Shown in pieces: positions 22,434 to 31,810 of a stretch of DNA of 64,000 nucleotides (within the stretch, counting starts at the first letter, position 1; each line of letters opens with the position of its first letter). Origin of the DNA: Pirellulales bacterium. GTDB taxonomy: Bacteria; Planctomycetota; Planctomycetia; Pirellulales; PALSA-1355. A model generated the notes under the pieces. It saw only the letters and a list, made by a program, of their open reading frames with translations, ran no database searches and was not told the DNA's origin. Made by a program: the position numbers and the translations under genes. Location: NCBI GenBank assembly GCA_963733035.1, contig CAVTBU010000005.1, positions 2,784,001 to 2,848,000 on the forward strand, read 5' to 3'.

Positions 22434-23207
22434 ATGACACGAGATACTTTGCGTGAAGTTGCAGCGGAGTTTCTGGGGACATTCACGCTGATCGTGTTTG
22501 GAGTCGGTGTCGTGGCACAGGTAATCCTCGGCGAGGGCAAAACCGGCGAGTATTTCTCAATCAACATCGCCTGGGGGATCGCCGTGATGCTTGGGTGTTA
22601 CGTGGCGGGAGGCATTTCCGGTGCGCATTTGAATCCGGCCGTTACTCTGGCGTTTGCGGTGCACCGCGACTTTCCATGGCGGAAAGTGATCCCGTACGTT
22701 CTTGCCCAGTTTGCCGGCGCGTTTGTGGCCGCCGCCGTTGCCTATTTCACCTACTACGAGGCGATCAACGCCTTCGAGTCGACCCGCACGTTGACGACCG
22801 CCGGTATTTTCTCGACCTATCCCCAAGAGTATCTGACGAACTTTCCAGGCGGACTGGTGGATCAAACCGTCGGCACGGCGCTGTTGATGCTGGTGATTCT
22901 TGCCGTCGGCGATCAACGCAATATGGCGTTGCCGGCGCCGTTCGGCCCGATGATCGTCGGTTCCACGGTGTTCCTGATTGGCATGACGTACGGTCTGAAC
23001 GCCGGGTATGCGATCAATCCGGCCCGCGATCTTGCTCCGCGACTTTGGACCTATTTCGCCGGCTGGGGCGATCAGGTATTCACCGCGCACCATTATTTTT
23101 GGTGGGTTCCGGTGGTGGGGCCCTGCGTTGGTGCCGTGGTGGGTGGTTTCATTTACGACCTGTTCATTACGCGACTCTACGGCAAAGAGAACGCGAAATC
23201 CAAGTGA
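22434..23207 (+). CDS. glpF: MIP-family aquaglyceroporin (GlpF-like)
   Basis: SGAHLNPAVT and GYAINPARD, AGIFSTYP. Confidence 0.9.
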   Translation: MTRDTLREVAAEFLGTFTLIVFGVGVVAQVILGEGKTGEYFSINIAWGIAVMLGCYVAGGISGAHLNPAVTLAFAVHRDFPWRKVIPYVLAQFAGAFVAAAVAYFTYYEAINAFESTRTLTTAGIFSTYPQEYLTNFPGGLVDQTVGTALLMLVILAVGDQRNMALPAPFGPMIVGSTVFLIGMTYGLNAGYAINPARDLAPRLWTYFAGWGDQVFTAHHYFWWVPVVGPCVGAVVGGFIYDLFITRLYGKENAKSK

Positions 23208-23306
23208 ACTCTCGCGCCGCCGTTTCTATACTGTGAGTCGGGGTGCCGCTGCGCACTGCCTTGACCGTACAAATCTGCAGGCCCCACTTTGCTCAACGGG
23301 GAGACG

Positions 23307-24668
23307 ATGGCCGACAAAGTATTTCGCGCCGGCGCGGCAACCAGCAACATCACGCCGCCGCTGGGTGTTTCGATCAACGGCGGCATGAGTGATCGAACCG
23401 CTACGCACGTGCATGACGATTTGCACGCCCGCTGCATGGTGCTCGACGACGGGCAGACCAAGATCGCCCTGGTCGTTTGCGATAGCTGCATGATTCCGCG
23501 GACAATTCTGGATCGGGCCAAGCACGAAGCGCACAGTCACACCGGCATTCCGCTCGACCATATTCTGATTTCCGCCACGCACACGCACAGTGCGCCGACG
23601 TCGGCCGGCGTTTTCCAAAGCGAACCGAACGTCGAGTACACAGAGTTCCTCGCGCAGCGCATTTCCGATGGCATTCGCCGCGCAGCCCACAATTTGGCGC
23701 CCGCCAAGATCGGCTGGGGCGTCGGCAGCGAACCAACGCAAGTACACAATCGCCGCTGGAAAATGCGCGAGGGTTTCAAGCTGCTCGATCCGTTCGGCCG
23801 GGCCGATCACGTGCGGATGAATCCACCGGTCGCCAGTCCCGATCTCATCGAGCCGGCCGGACCGATCGATCCGCAAATCGGCGTGCTCTCGGTGCGCGAC
23901 GCCGATGGTCGACCGCTGGCGCTGTTGGCCAACTACTCGCTGCATTACGTCGGCGGAGTGCCAGGGGGAGAAATTTCGGCCGACTACTACGGAGCGTTCG
24001 CGCAACGGTTGGCACAGTTGCTGGCCGCCCGCGGGCAAAGTCCACCGTTTGTGGGCATCATGTCCAATGGCACCAGCGGAAATATCAACAACGTCAACTT
24101 TCGCGAGGCGAGCGAGAGCCAGCCGCCGTACGCGCAGATTCGCAAAGTGGCCGAGCTCACGGCTGTAGAAGCGGCCCGCGTTGCCGAGTCAATCGACTAT
24201 TACGATTGGGCGCCGCTGGCGATGCGGCAGGCTTCGTTGCGATTGGGCCGCCGCTCGACTCCGAAAGACGAAGTGGAGCGAGCCCGTTTCATCTTGTCGC
24301 AGGCAGACGGCATGTCGCTGCGCGGCGTGGAACAGATCTACGCCCGCGAGACGGTGCTCTTAAATGACTACCCGCCGTACGTCGAAACCCTATTGCAGGC
24401 GATCAAGATTGGCGAGCTTGGCATCGCCAGTTCGCCGTGCGAGACGTTCGTCGAAACGGGCCTGGCGATCAAGGAGCAAAGCCCGCTGAAACCAACCTTC
24501 GTGATCGAATTGGCCAACGACTATTGCGGGTACCTGCCGACTGCCGAGCAGCATGCCCTGGGGGGCTACGAAACCTGGCGGGCGCGATCGAGTTTTCTGG
24601 AAGTCGAAGCCGAGGCCAAGATTCGCCGCAAACTGCTCGAACTGCTCGGCGAGGTGGCTAAAGCGTAG
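23307..24668 (+). CDS. Neutral/alkaline ceramidase-like metallohydrolase
   Basis: DDLHARC, ISATHTHSAP, NYSLH, GYLPT..GGYET. Confidence 0.8.
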   Translation: MADKVFRAGAATSNITPPLGVSINGGMSDRTATHVHDDLHARCMVLDDGQTKIALVVCDSCMIPRTILDRAKHEAHSHTGIPLDHILISATHTHSAPTSAGVFQSEPNVEYTEFLAQRISDGIRRAAHNLAPAKIGWGVGSEPTQVHNRRWKMREGFKLLDPFGRADHVRMNPPVASPDLIEPAGPIDPQIGVLSVRDADGRPLALLANYSLHYVGGVPGGEISADYYGAFAQRLAQLLAARGQSPPFVGIMSNGTSGNINNVNFREASESQPPYAQIRKVAELTAVEAARVAESIDYYDWAPLAMRQASLRLGRRSTPKDEVERARFILSQADGMSLRGVEQIYARETVLLNDYPPYVETLLQAIKIGELGIASSPCETFVETGLAIKEQSPLKPTFVIELANDYCGYLPTAEQHALGGYETWRARSSFLEVEAEAKIRRKLLELLGEVAKA

Positions 24669-24691
24669 CTCCACCGAGACAAGGCAAACCC

Positions 24692-25393
24692 ATGCACTTG
24701 CTCGACGCAGATATGGTGCGGCGTGAAGTTCCCGATACGCCGGCCACGCTCGAGTATCGCGTCATCGCCTGTCAGCAAGATTCAACCGCCTATCGCTCTG
24801 GCAGCGGATTGTTGCTCGTCGAAGCGCGCCGCGGTCTGCTGGGTGCTCTGGGTGAGATTGATCCGCACGACATCGCACAGATTCAACTAAAGCACGATTT
24901 GCATTGCGAATTGCTCGCCGATGTGCCGGCGCACCTCGCACTGCAAAACCTTATCGCGTGTCAGCGAGCGCGGATCTGTACGCTCGCCGCCCCCTGGCAA
25001 TTGCCGCGAACGTCGAACGATCAACTCACCATTCGTCCACTGAGTTCCGAGGATCGAACGAATCACGTTCCAGGCGAGTTGCGCGAAGAGATTCGCGGTG
25101 CCCACGATGCTGGTCGTGTCTTCGCGGGTTTTGTCGACGGACGGGCCGTGAGTTTCGCCTACGCGCTGATGACCGAGACCCTGGCCGATGTGTCGATCGA
25201 TACGCTTTCGGAATATCGAAACCGCGGGATTGGCCGGGCGGTCGTGGCCACGCTGATCGATGAGCTGGTCGCGGTTGGCAAGACGCCAGTTTGGGGCGCC
25301 GTCGAAAGCAACCTCGCTTCGCTGCAGCTGGCGGAGATTCTCGGCTTCACCGCACCGGCTGGGGAGTTGTTTGTTGCCGACGATTGGTGGTGA
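24692..25393 (+). CDS. GNAT acetyltransferase
   Basis: IDTLSEYRNRGIG, NLASLQLAEILGF. Confidence 0.8.
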   Translation: MHLLDADMVRREVPDTPATLEYRVIACQQDSTAYRSGSGLLLVEARRGLLGALGEIDPHDIAQIQLKHDLHCELLADVPAHLALQNLIACQRARICTLAAPWQLPRTSNDQLTIRPLSSEDRTNHVPGELREEIRGAHDAGRVFAGFVDGRAVSFAYALMTETLADVSIDTLSEYRNRGIGRAVVATLIDELVAVGKTPVWGAVESNLASLQLAEILGFTAPAGELFVADDWW

Positions 25394-26348
25394 GCAGCGC
25401 TTGCAGCGCCCAGCCGGTCGTCGACATCTGTTGGGCATAGCTGTCGACACCCGGTGGTCGCGTCGTGGGGGGCCAACTTCCGTCGGCCTGCTGCATGGCA
25501 ATCAAATATTGCCGGCCGCGGGCGATCACCTCGCCGTAATCTTCGCGGTTCTTCTGCGCGACCAGCGCGAGCAGAACCACGGCCGTATCGAAGACCTCCG
25601 GCGGCGAATTGACAAACGGACCCCAGCCGCCATCGGGCGACTCCCCCTCGCGAATGAGCGTCAGTGCTTCGTCACGGTGCAGCTTCGCCTTGGGGGAACG
25701 CACTTCTGCGAGGGCCAGCAACGTCGCGGCCGCGTCGAGCACGCTCTTAGGGGAGGTGGCCTCGAACCACGATCGGGCCTTGCCGAGCTGCGGGGAGTAC
25801 TCGTGCGCATCAAACTGCCGAAGGCTTTCGGCAGCCAAGAGCGTTGCCAGCGGCTGACCGTAAGTGACCGGCGAACCAACCGTTCCCGCGGCGTCGGTCG
25901 ACCAACTTCCATCGTCGTTCTGCAATTCGGCGACGAGCCTGGCGGCCGACTCAAGTGTTTGAGGCCGGTCGATCAGACCAGCACGATCCGCCTCGGCCAG
26001 CGCCACGCCAAACTGAATGCGAGCCAGTTTCTTGTCCTTGAATGGGCCATCGGGGCCATTGGCATCCCACTGTTCCGGCGTGCCGAGAAACAACAATGTA
26101 TCGCGGTAGGCAGCGTCATCGTCTACCAGTCCGTGCTGCTTTGCGAGCAGCAGTGACCGAGCCGCATCACCGTTGTTGTGGCACGAGTAGCAGTTGTTCT
26201 CGCCATGCCACTTCGGCACCTCGGTGGCTAGGTAATGAGCGGCCCGTTGCTCAGGTGTTGGCTCCACCTGCGCAACGGCCAGCCGCGTACATAGGCAGGT
26301 CGACAAAACGACGAGCCCCGCCAGATGCCTAATGGTCGTGCTACACAC
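25347..26348 (-). CDS. Secreted prenyltransferase/squalene-cyclase (QW) repeat protein
   Basis: Signal peptide, CYSCH, LQNDDGSW, SPDGGWG, MQQADGSW. Confidence 0.8.
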   Translation of the reverse strand: MCSTTIRHLAGLVVLSTCLCTRLAVAQVEPTPEQRAAHYLATEVPKWHGENNCYSCHNNGDAARSLLLAKQHGLVDDDAAYRDTLLFLGTPEQWDANGPDGPFKDKKLARIQFGVALAEADRAGLIDRPQTLESAARLVAELQNDDGSWSTDAAGTVGSPVTYGQPLATLLAAESLRQFDAHEYSPQLGKARSWFEATSPKSVLDAAATLLALAEVRSPKAKLHRDEALTLIREGESPDGGWGPFVNSPPEVFDTAVVLLALVAQKNREDYGEVIARGRQYLIAMQQADGSWPPTTRPPGVDSYAQQMSTTGWALQALLTTNRRQQTTPQPVR

Positions 26349-26350
26349 AA

Positions 26351-27502
26351 CTAAATGCGTTCAATGATCGTGCAAGTGGCCATGCCGTGGCCGATGCACA
26401 TGGTCTGCAATCCGAGCGTGCCGCCGGTGGCTTCCAGCCCGGTGACCATCTTCGAGAACAAGCCGGCGCCAGTGGCTCCCAGTGGGTGACCGTGGGCAAT
26501 GGCCCCGCCCCAGGGATTGACCTTTTCCAAGTTGGCGTTGAGTTCCTTCGCCCAACTCAGCACGACTGAAGCGAACGCTTCGTTGATTTCGATCCAGTCG
26601 ATGTCGTTGAGCGTCAGCCCGGCGCGCTTGAGCGCCTTTTGTGTGGCGGGAATCACGCCGGCCAATTGCAAGGTCGGGTCGTCTCCCACGGCAACTCGTG
26701 CCAAAAAGCGGGCGCGTGGTTTGAAACCGTCGCCAACGGCCACCTCACGGTCGGCAATCAATACCGCCGCGGCTCCGTCAGAAATCTGGCTTGAATTGGC
26801 GGCCGTCACCACGCCGTTGCCGTCGGGGCGAAACACCGTCTTGAGCGAGGCCATCTTGGCCGGATCGATCGTTTCGCGAATGCCCTCGTCGCGATCGACC
26901 TTGATCGGTTTGCCTTCGCCATCGAGGCCGGCCGTGGGAAGGATCTCCTTGTTCCGCTTGTCGTGCATCGCGGCCGCGGCTCGTCGGTGGCTTTCCTTGG
27001 AAAACTCGTCGACGTCTTGCCGCGTGATGTGGTACTTCTCGGCCAACAGCTCGGCACTCTCTCCCTGGTGCACCAGGTTGAATTTGGCCAACTCGGGGTT
27101 GAGCTTGTCGAGCGATCCCACGTCGCTGAACATTGGTGCGCGCGTCATGTTTTCGACACCGCAACCGATGGTGTAGAACGCATCGCCGGCGCCAATTTGC
27201 TGAGCGGCGAAGTGAATCGCCTGCTGGCTCGAACCGCACATGCGATTGAGGGACACGGCTGGCACTTCGACCGGAAAACCAGCCAAGAGCGCCGCAAGTC
27301 GACCAATGTTGGCACCTTGTTCGCCGGCCTGTGTGACACAGCCGGTGATCACATCTTCAATCTTCGCAGGTGCAATGCCGATCCGTTCGCACAGCCCCGA
27401 CAGGGCATGAGCCAATAGTGAGTCGGGACGCACTTCGCGAAACACGCCTCCTTTGCGGCCAAAGGGAGTTCGCACCGTCTCGATGACAACCGGTTGTGGC
27501 AT
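26351..27502 (-). CDS. Thiolase (acetyl-CoA acyltransferase)
   Basis: [29 protein letters not shown]. Confidence 0.95.
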   Translation of the reverse strand: MPQPVVIETVRTPFGRKGGVFREVRPDSLLAHALSGLCERIGIAPAKIEDVITGCVTQAGEQGANIGRLAALLAGFPVEVPAVSLNRMCGSSQQAIHFAAQQIGAGDAFYTIGCGVENMTRAPMFSDVGSLDKLNPELAKFNLVHQGESAELLAEKYHITRQDVDEFSKESHRRAAAAMHDKRNKEILPTAGLDGEGKPIKVDRDEGIRETIDPAKMASLKTVFRPDGNGVVTAANSSQISDGAAAVLIADREVAVGDGFKPRARFLARVAVGDDPTLQLAGVIPATQKALKRAGLTLNDIDWIEINEAFASVVLSWAKELNANLEKVNPWGGAIAHGHPLGATGAGLFSKMVTGLEATGGTLGLQTMCIGHGMATCTIIERI

Positions 27503-27584
27503 GACTAGTTTCCTTGCGTTGGTATGGTCTCAAGACCGCGCGAGCGCGGTCCACTATGTATTAAATTGTATGCCCCACGGCCAG

Positions 27585-29237
27585 CTACACTTCGGCCGCC
27601 TGCTGCGACTCGCTCCGGCAGTAGTAGTCGCCGTATTTTTCGCGAAGCGCCATCTTCAGGAACTTACCGGCCGAGGTGCGGGGAATCTCGTTGGTGAACT
27701 CCACGGCATCGGGCAGCCACCACTTGGCAAACTGCGGCTTGAGAAAGTCGATCAACTCCTCGGGCGTCGCCTGTTTCCCCTTGCGAAGCACCACAATTGC
27801 CAACGGACGCTCAGCCCATTTGGGATGACTGGCCGGAATCACGGCCGCTTCGGCCACGGCCGGGTGTCCCATGATCGCATTCTCCAGCGCCACGGAGCTG
27901 ATCCATTCGCCGCCGCTCTTGATCACATCCTTCGCGCGGTCTTGCAGGTGCAGACAGCCGAACTTGTCGATCGCCACGATGTCGCCCGTGCGGAACCAAC
28001 CATCTTCGGTGAACGAAGTCGCCGCGTCGGGGCGGTTGTAATAACCGCTGGCGATCCAAGGCCCCCGCACTTCGAGCTCGCCCATCGATTGGCCATCCCA
28101 GGGAACGATGCCGTTTTCGTTTCGGGCGCGAATCTCAACCATGGGGCAGGGGCGACCCTGGCGCACCTGGAAGTCGTATTGCTCGCTCTTGGGAGCATTG
28201 GCAAGCCGCGCGGGAATCGTTCCCACGGTGCCGACCGGGCAGAGCTCGGTCATGCCCCACGAGTGCAGCATCTTCAGGCCGTGACGTTCGCCAAAACCTT
28301 CGATCATGCTCCGCGGCGCGGCCGATCCGCCGGTAACGATGGCCCGAATGCACGACAGGTCGTACTTGCCCGGTGACTCATCGAGAATTTGGAGCATGCC
28401 AAGCCAGATGGTCGGCACACCGCCGGTCACGGTCACTCGCTCGCGCACCATCAGGTCGAGCAAATTGGCCGGATCGAGATGCGGCCCCGGAAAGACCTGC
28501 TTGGCGCCAATCATCAAACAGGTGAACGGCATACCCCAGGCGTTGGCATGGAACATGGGCACCACGGCCATTACCGTGTCGTGTTCGCTGAGCCCCAGCG
28601 TGTCGGTCATGCCGCTGGCCATCGAGTGCAGCACGATCGCGCGATGCGAGGCGAGTACGCCTTTGGGCATGCCGGTTGTGCCCGAGGTGTAGCACATGGC
28701 GGCCGCCTGGCGTTCGTCGATGTCTTCGTACACGAACTTCGACTCGTCGGCATCGGCTAGCAATTCTTCGTAGTCGATTGTGCCCGGCGGCAACGGTTTG
28801 CCGGCGGTGCGCACCACGATTACATGCTTGAAGCCGGCGGGCTCGCGAAACTTGTCGAACAATTCCCATAGCGTATCGTCGACGATGGCGATCTTGTCGC
28901 CGGCATGGCTGGCGATGTAGGTCAAATCGTTTTCGTGCAGCCGTAAGTTAAGTGTGTGCAATACGCCGCCGGCGCAGGGAATGCCCATGTAGGCTTCCAG
29001 GTGCTGATAGTGATTCCAGCAGAAGGTGCCGACGCGGTCGCAGTTCTCCAGCCCCAGCTTCTTGAGCGCCACGGCCAGCTTTTTGGCTCGCGGAACCATG
29101 TCGCCCACGGTGTAGCGATGCAACGACTTGTCGGGGAGCCGCGTCACGACTTCGCGATCGAAGTGCAACTGTTCGGCGCGACGCAGCACCGTGGGTAGAT
29201 TCAACTGGAAGTCCATGATCAAGCCGTGCATCATCAT
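27585..29237 (-). CDS. Acyl-CoA synthetase (fatty acid-CoA ligase)
   Basis: YTSGTTGMPKG, WGMTE, FRTGD, DRAKDVIKSGGEWI. Confidence 0.93.
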   Translation of the reverse strand: MMMHGLIMDFQLNLPTVLRRAEQLHFDREVVTRLPDKSLHRYTVGDMVPRAKKLAVALKKLGLENCDRVGTFCWNHYQHLEAYMGIPCAGGVLHTLNLRLHENDLTYIASHAGDKIAIVDDTLWELFDKFREPAGFKHVIVVRTAGKPLPPGTIDYEELLADADESKFVYEDIDERQAAAMCYTSGTTGMPKGVLASHRAIVLHSMASGMTDTLGLSEHDTVMAVVPMFHANAWGMPFTCLMIGAKQVFPGPHLDPANLLDLMVRERVTVTGGVPTIWLGMLQILDESPGKYDLSCIRAIVTGGSAAPRSMIEGFGERHGLKMLHSWGMTELCPVGTVGTIPARLANAPKSEQYDFQVRQGRPCPMVEIRARNENGIVPWDGQSMGELEVRGPWIASGYYNRPDAATSFTEDGWFRTGDIVAIDKFGCLHLQDRAKDVIKSGGEWISSVALENAIMGHPAVAEAAVIPASHPKWAERPLAIVVLRKGKQATPEELIDFLKPQFAKWWLPDAVEFTNEIPRTSAGKFLKMALREKYGDYYCRSESQQAAEV

Positions 29238-29421
29238 TCCTCGCCTGGGAGAACACGTGTGGATGAGTTATGGCGACTAAAACGGCTTAGGGAAATTGCC
29301 GCAAGAAGTGCCCACCGTGGTTGATTGTACCCGAGCAAATCGGTGGAAGACACACCCCGAAAATCAATTCTGGAGGCACGACCATGACAGCAAGTTGAGG
29401 CTTACGAAGCTCGGGTGGGAT

Positions 29422-30273
29422 TTAGGCCAACGGCCGTAAGTCGATCCCTTTCACGGCCGCCAAGGGGAGTCTCTTCGCTTTCGCCCAACGCTCCCATTCG
29501 GTCGCAGAACGCTTTGCGAAGATCTCGTTCAATTCCTCGTAGGTGCCTCGTTTTAGATTCAATTCGGCCTGCAGTTTGACCCAGAACTGTGGTTCGAGCG
29601 CTGCCACCGCCAGCCAGCCTTCTCGAGTTCGGTAGAGGTTGTAATAGGGTAAGGCGCCGCCCAAGTGCCCGCCGGGCACTGTCATTCCGTGGCGAAGTGG
29701 CAAAGTGAAGAATTCGAGTGCCGTAGCGATCGGCACAACGGAGTGAACGCCCTGGCCGGTTCGGGCCCGCTCGGCTAGTACGACAAAAGTTTCGGTAACA
29801 GCCGCCTGCGCCCCGGCCATGTCGGCGAGCAGTGTCAGCGGCAATGTCGGCGGATGAACCAGCCCGACGCTGGACTGATAGGTCAAGTCATGACCGGTAA
29901 GTTCTTCATTTGGCTGCGGATAGCCGATGATCGCCACCTGACAGAGCCACGGGAACTCGGCATTCAATCGTTTCCAACTTAGCCCCAGTCGTTCAAGGGA
30001 CGATGGCAAGGTCGAGGTGACCAGTACGTCGGCAGCAGCCAGGTGCCCATCCAAACTTCGCCGGTCGCTCTCGTCCTTCAAGTTGAGCGCGATGACCTGC
30101 TGCTGGCCAAGAAGTTCGTAGTACAACTCTGGCGTGTGCTGCTTGAGCGGGTCGCCCGTCGGCGGCTCGACTTTGACGACGCTGGCCCCATAGCGGTGCA
30201 GCTTGGCGACTGCGGCCGGTCCTGGGAGATTAAAAGCGGTGGTCACGATCTTGACATTCGCGAGCGGTTGCAT
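29422..30273 (-). CDS. CaiB/BaiF family CoA transferase (short form)
   Basis: NLPGP, VVKVEPPTGDP, GHDLTYQ, LADMAG, ALEPQFW. Confidence 0.88.
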   Translation of the reverse strand: MQPLANVKIVTTAFNLPGPAAVAKLHRYGASVVKVEPPTGDPLKQHTPELYYELLGQQQVIALNLKDESDRRSLDGHLAAADVLVTSTLPSSLERLGLSWKRLNAEFPWLCQVAIIGYPQPNEELTGHDLTYQSSVGLVHPPTLPLTLLADMAGAQAAVTETFVVLAERARTGQGVHSVVPIATALEFFTLPLRHGMTVPGGHLGGALPYYNLYRTREGWLAVAALEPQFWVKLQAELNLKRGTYEELNEIFAKRSATEWERWAKAKRLPLAAVKGIDLRPLA

Positions 30274-30316
30274 GCCGCTCATCGTAGCCAGAACGATCAA
30301 CCTGGGGAACCGGTAC

Positions 30317-31804
30317 TCAGAATGGCACCGCCCAGCGGGCCAACAGGGCACCGGCCGCGACAATCAGGGCGACAAGAGTGGCGGCCAATTGAAGTCGGCC
30401 CCTGTGCGCCGTGTCTGTTTTCAAATCGAGCCGCAGATAGCCGTAAAACGTGGCTAACAAAGCCAGTACCAGGGCTGCTCCTCCGCCGGTGTACCACAGA
30501 CGGTCTTGCACCACGGCGTGGCGCCACAGTCGCTGAAAATCGGCACGGGCCTTCTCGTCGAATTCGAGCCGAGCATGCAACTGATACATCGGACCGACCG
30601 AATTGGATTGAACCTTTTCGACGAATTCGACTTTTTTGACGTTATCCGTGAGGTATGCCAGCGGAATGTTCACGAGTTGCGAGGCGTGTTCGTCACCCAG
30701 ATACTCGTTGATGTAGTGGTCCGCCGCTGCCTGAAGCTCCATATCGAGAGCCCGCTGGCTCTCGGGAACGGAAACATAGGGGCCCGAGTTGATTGTCATC
30801 GAGTAGATGCCATCCTTGAGTCCCGGAACTGCGTCGACCCAGGTCGGTCGCTCCTTGTGAAGCGCCTCAGCGAATTCCTTGGCGGGAACCGATTTTCTCG
30901 ATGCGACGGACTTGCTGGACGGTTCTGCGACATCCTTTGCACCAACTTCGGCGATTGGAGCAGCAATTGCTGCTTTGGCTTGGGCGATCGTGCCATTTTC
31001 GGGTGACAAGGTAACCTTCCCATCAGCCTCGTTCGTAGTTTCCTTGTCTTCTGTGGAGGTCGCAGTTTCTGTCGTTTCGCTTGTCACTTGAGGCTGTGAT
31101 TCTTTTGCGACCGGGTCTTTCGTGACCGTGACGGAAACGGGGATCTCACTTGCCCGCTCGGGCAGCGTTAGCCCATCGCTTTTGTCACTCGCGGCTGGAC
31201 GTTCGGGACGCAAACTGGGTCGCCGAGCGCGTGTGGTGCGGGCCATCTGCGACGGTCGCCGCGCCTGATGAAGGTTCTTGGCAACCTCGCGGTGGACGAT
31301 GCGGTGCTTGAATCGTTCAGCGCGCGGCGGATCGCCGAAATAGTTGACAACCGAGTAGATGATTGCGCCCACGCCCAGCAGCGTAATGGCCTTGAGCGCG
31401 ACGGGCCTTGTGCGTTCCCGACCGAACAGAATGGCTCCGAGAATGATCAGTCCACTACCTAGAACGATCATCATGACGTCGGGGGCGAACGAAACGTTCT
31501 CGCTTGCAACAACTCGGTCACTCGCGAAAGGTTGAACGAAATCCCCATTCACGAATTCGGCGGGGAAGTCAATTTCCCGCAGAGCGTCGACGTGTTCTAC
31601 CGTTCCGTCAAGAACGACTTCGTGATGTTGCGAGTCTCGAGCAAGAAGCATCCATAGTCCGCCTATCACCGCCGCAACGCCCAACGTTTTCAGCAGGACA
31701 CCGGGCATGGAACGAAGCCCACATCCGGCGAGCTTGAAGATCAACACGCCGGCGATGATCAATATCAGCAGTCGTCCCCAGATAATCATGGCAATGAGCA
31801 TCAT
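30317..31804 (-). CDS. Hypothetical membrane protein (4 N-terminal TM, large soluble region, 2 C-terminal TM)
   Basis: Long ORF 6 bp downstream of the kinase; clear hydrophobic segments. Confidence 0.75.
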   Translation of the reverse strand: MMLIAMIIWGRLLILIIAGVLIFKLAGCGLRSMPGVLLKTLGVAAVIGGLWMLLARDSQHHEVVLDGTVEHVDALREIDFPAEFVNGDFVQPFASDRVVASENVSFAPDVMMIVLGSGLIILGAILFGRERTRPVALKAITLLGVGAIIYSVVNYFGDPPRAERFKHRIVHREVAKNLHQARRPSQMARTTRARRPSLRPERPAASDKSDGLTLPERASEIPVSVTVTKDPVAKESQPQVTSETTETATSTEDKETTNEADGKVTLSPENGTIAQAKAAIAAPIAEVGAKDVAEPSSKSVASRKSVPAKEFAEALHKERPTWVDAVPGLKDGIYSMTINSGPYVSVPESQRALDMELQAAADHYINEYLGDEHASQLVNIPLAYLTDNVKKVEFVEKVQSNSVGPMYQLHARLEFDEKARADFQRLWRHAVVQDRLWYTGGGAALVLALLATFYGYLRLDLKTDTAHRGRLQLAATLVALIVAAGALLARWAVPF

Positions 31805-31810
31805 GGCTGC

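Noticed and set aside
25347..26348. Squalene-hopene cyclase
   Set aside because: About half the expected length, secreted, and lacks the DXDD motif
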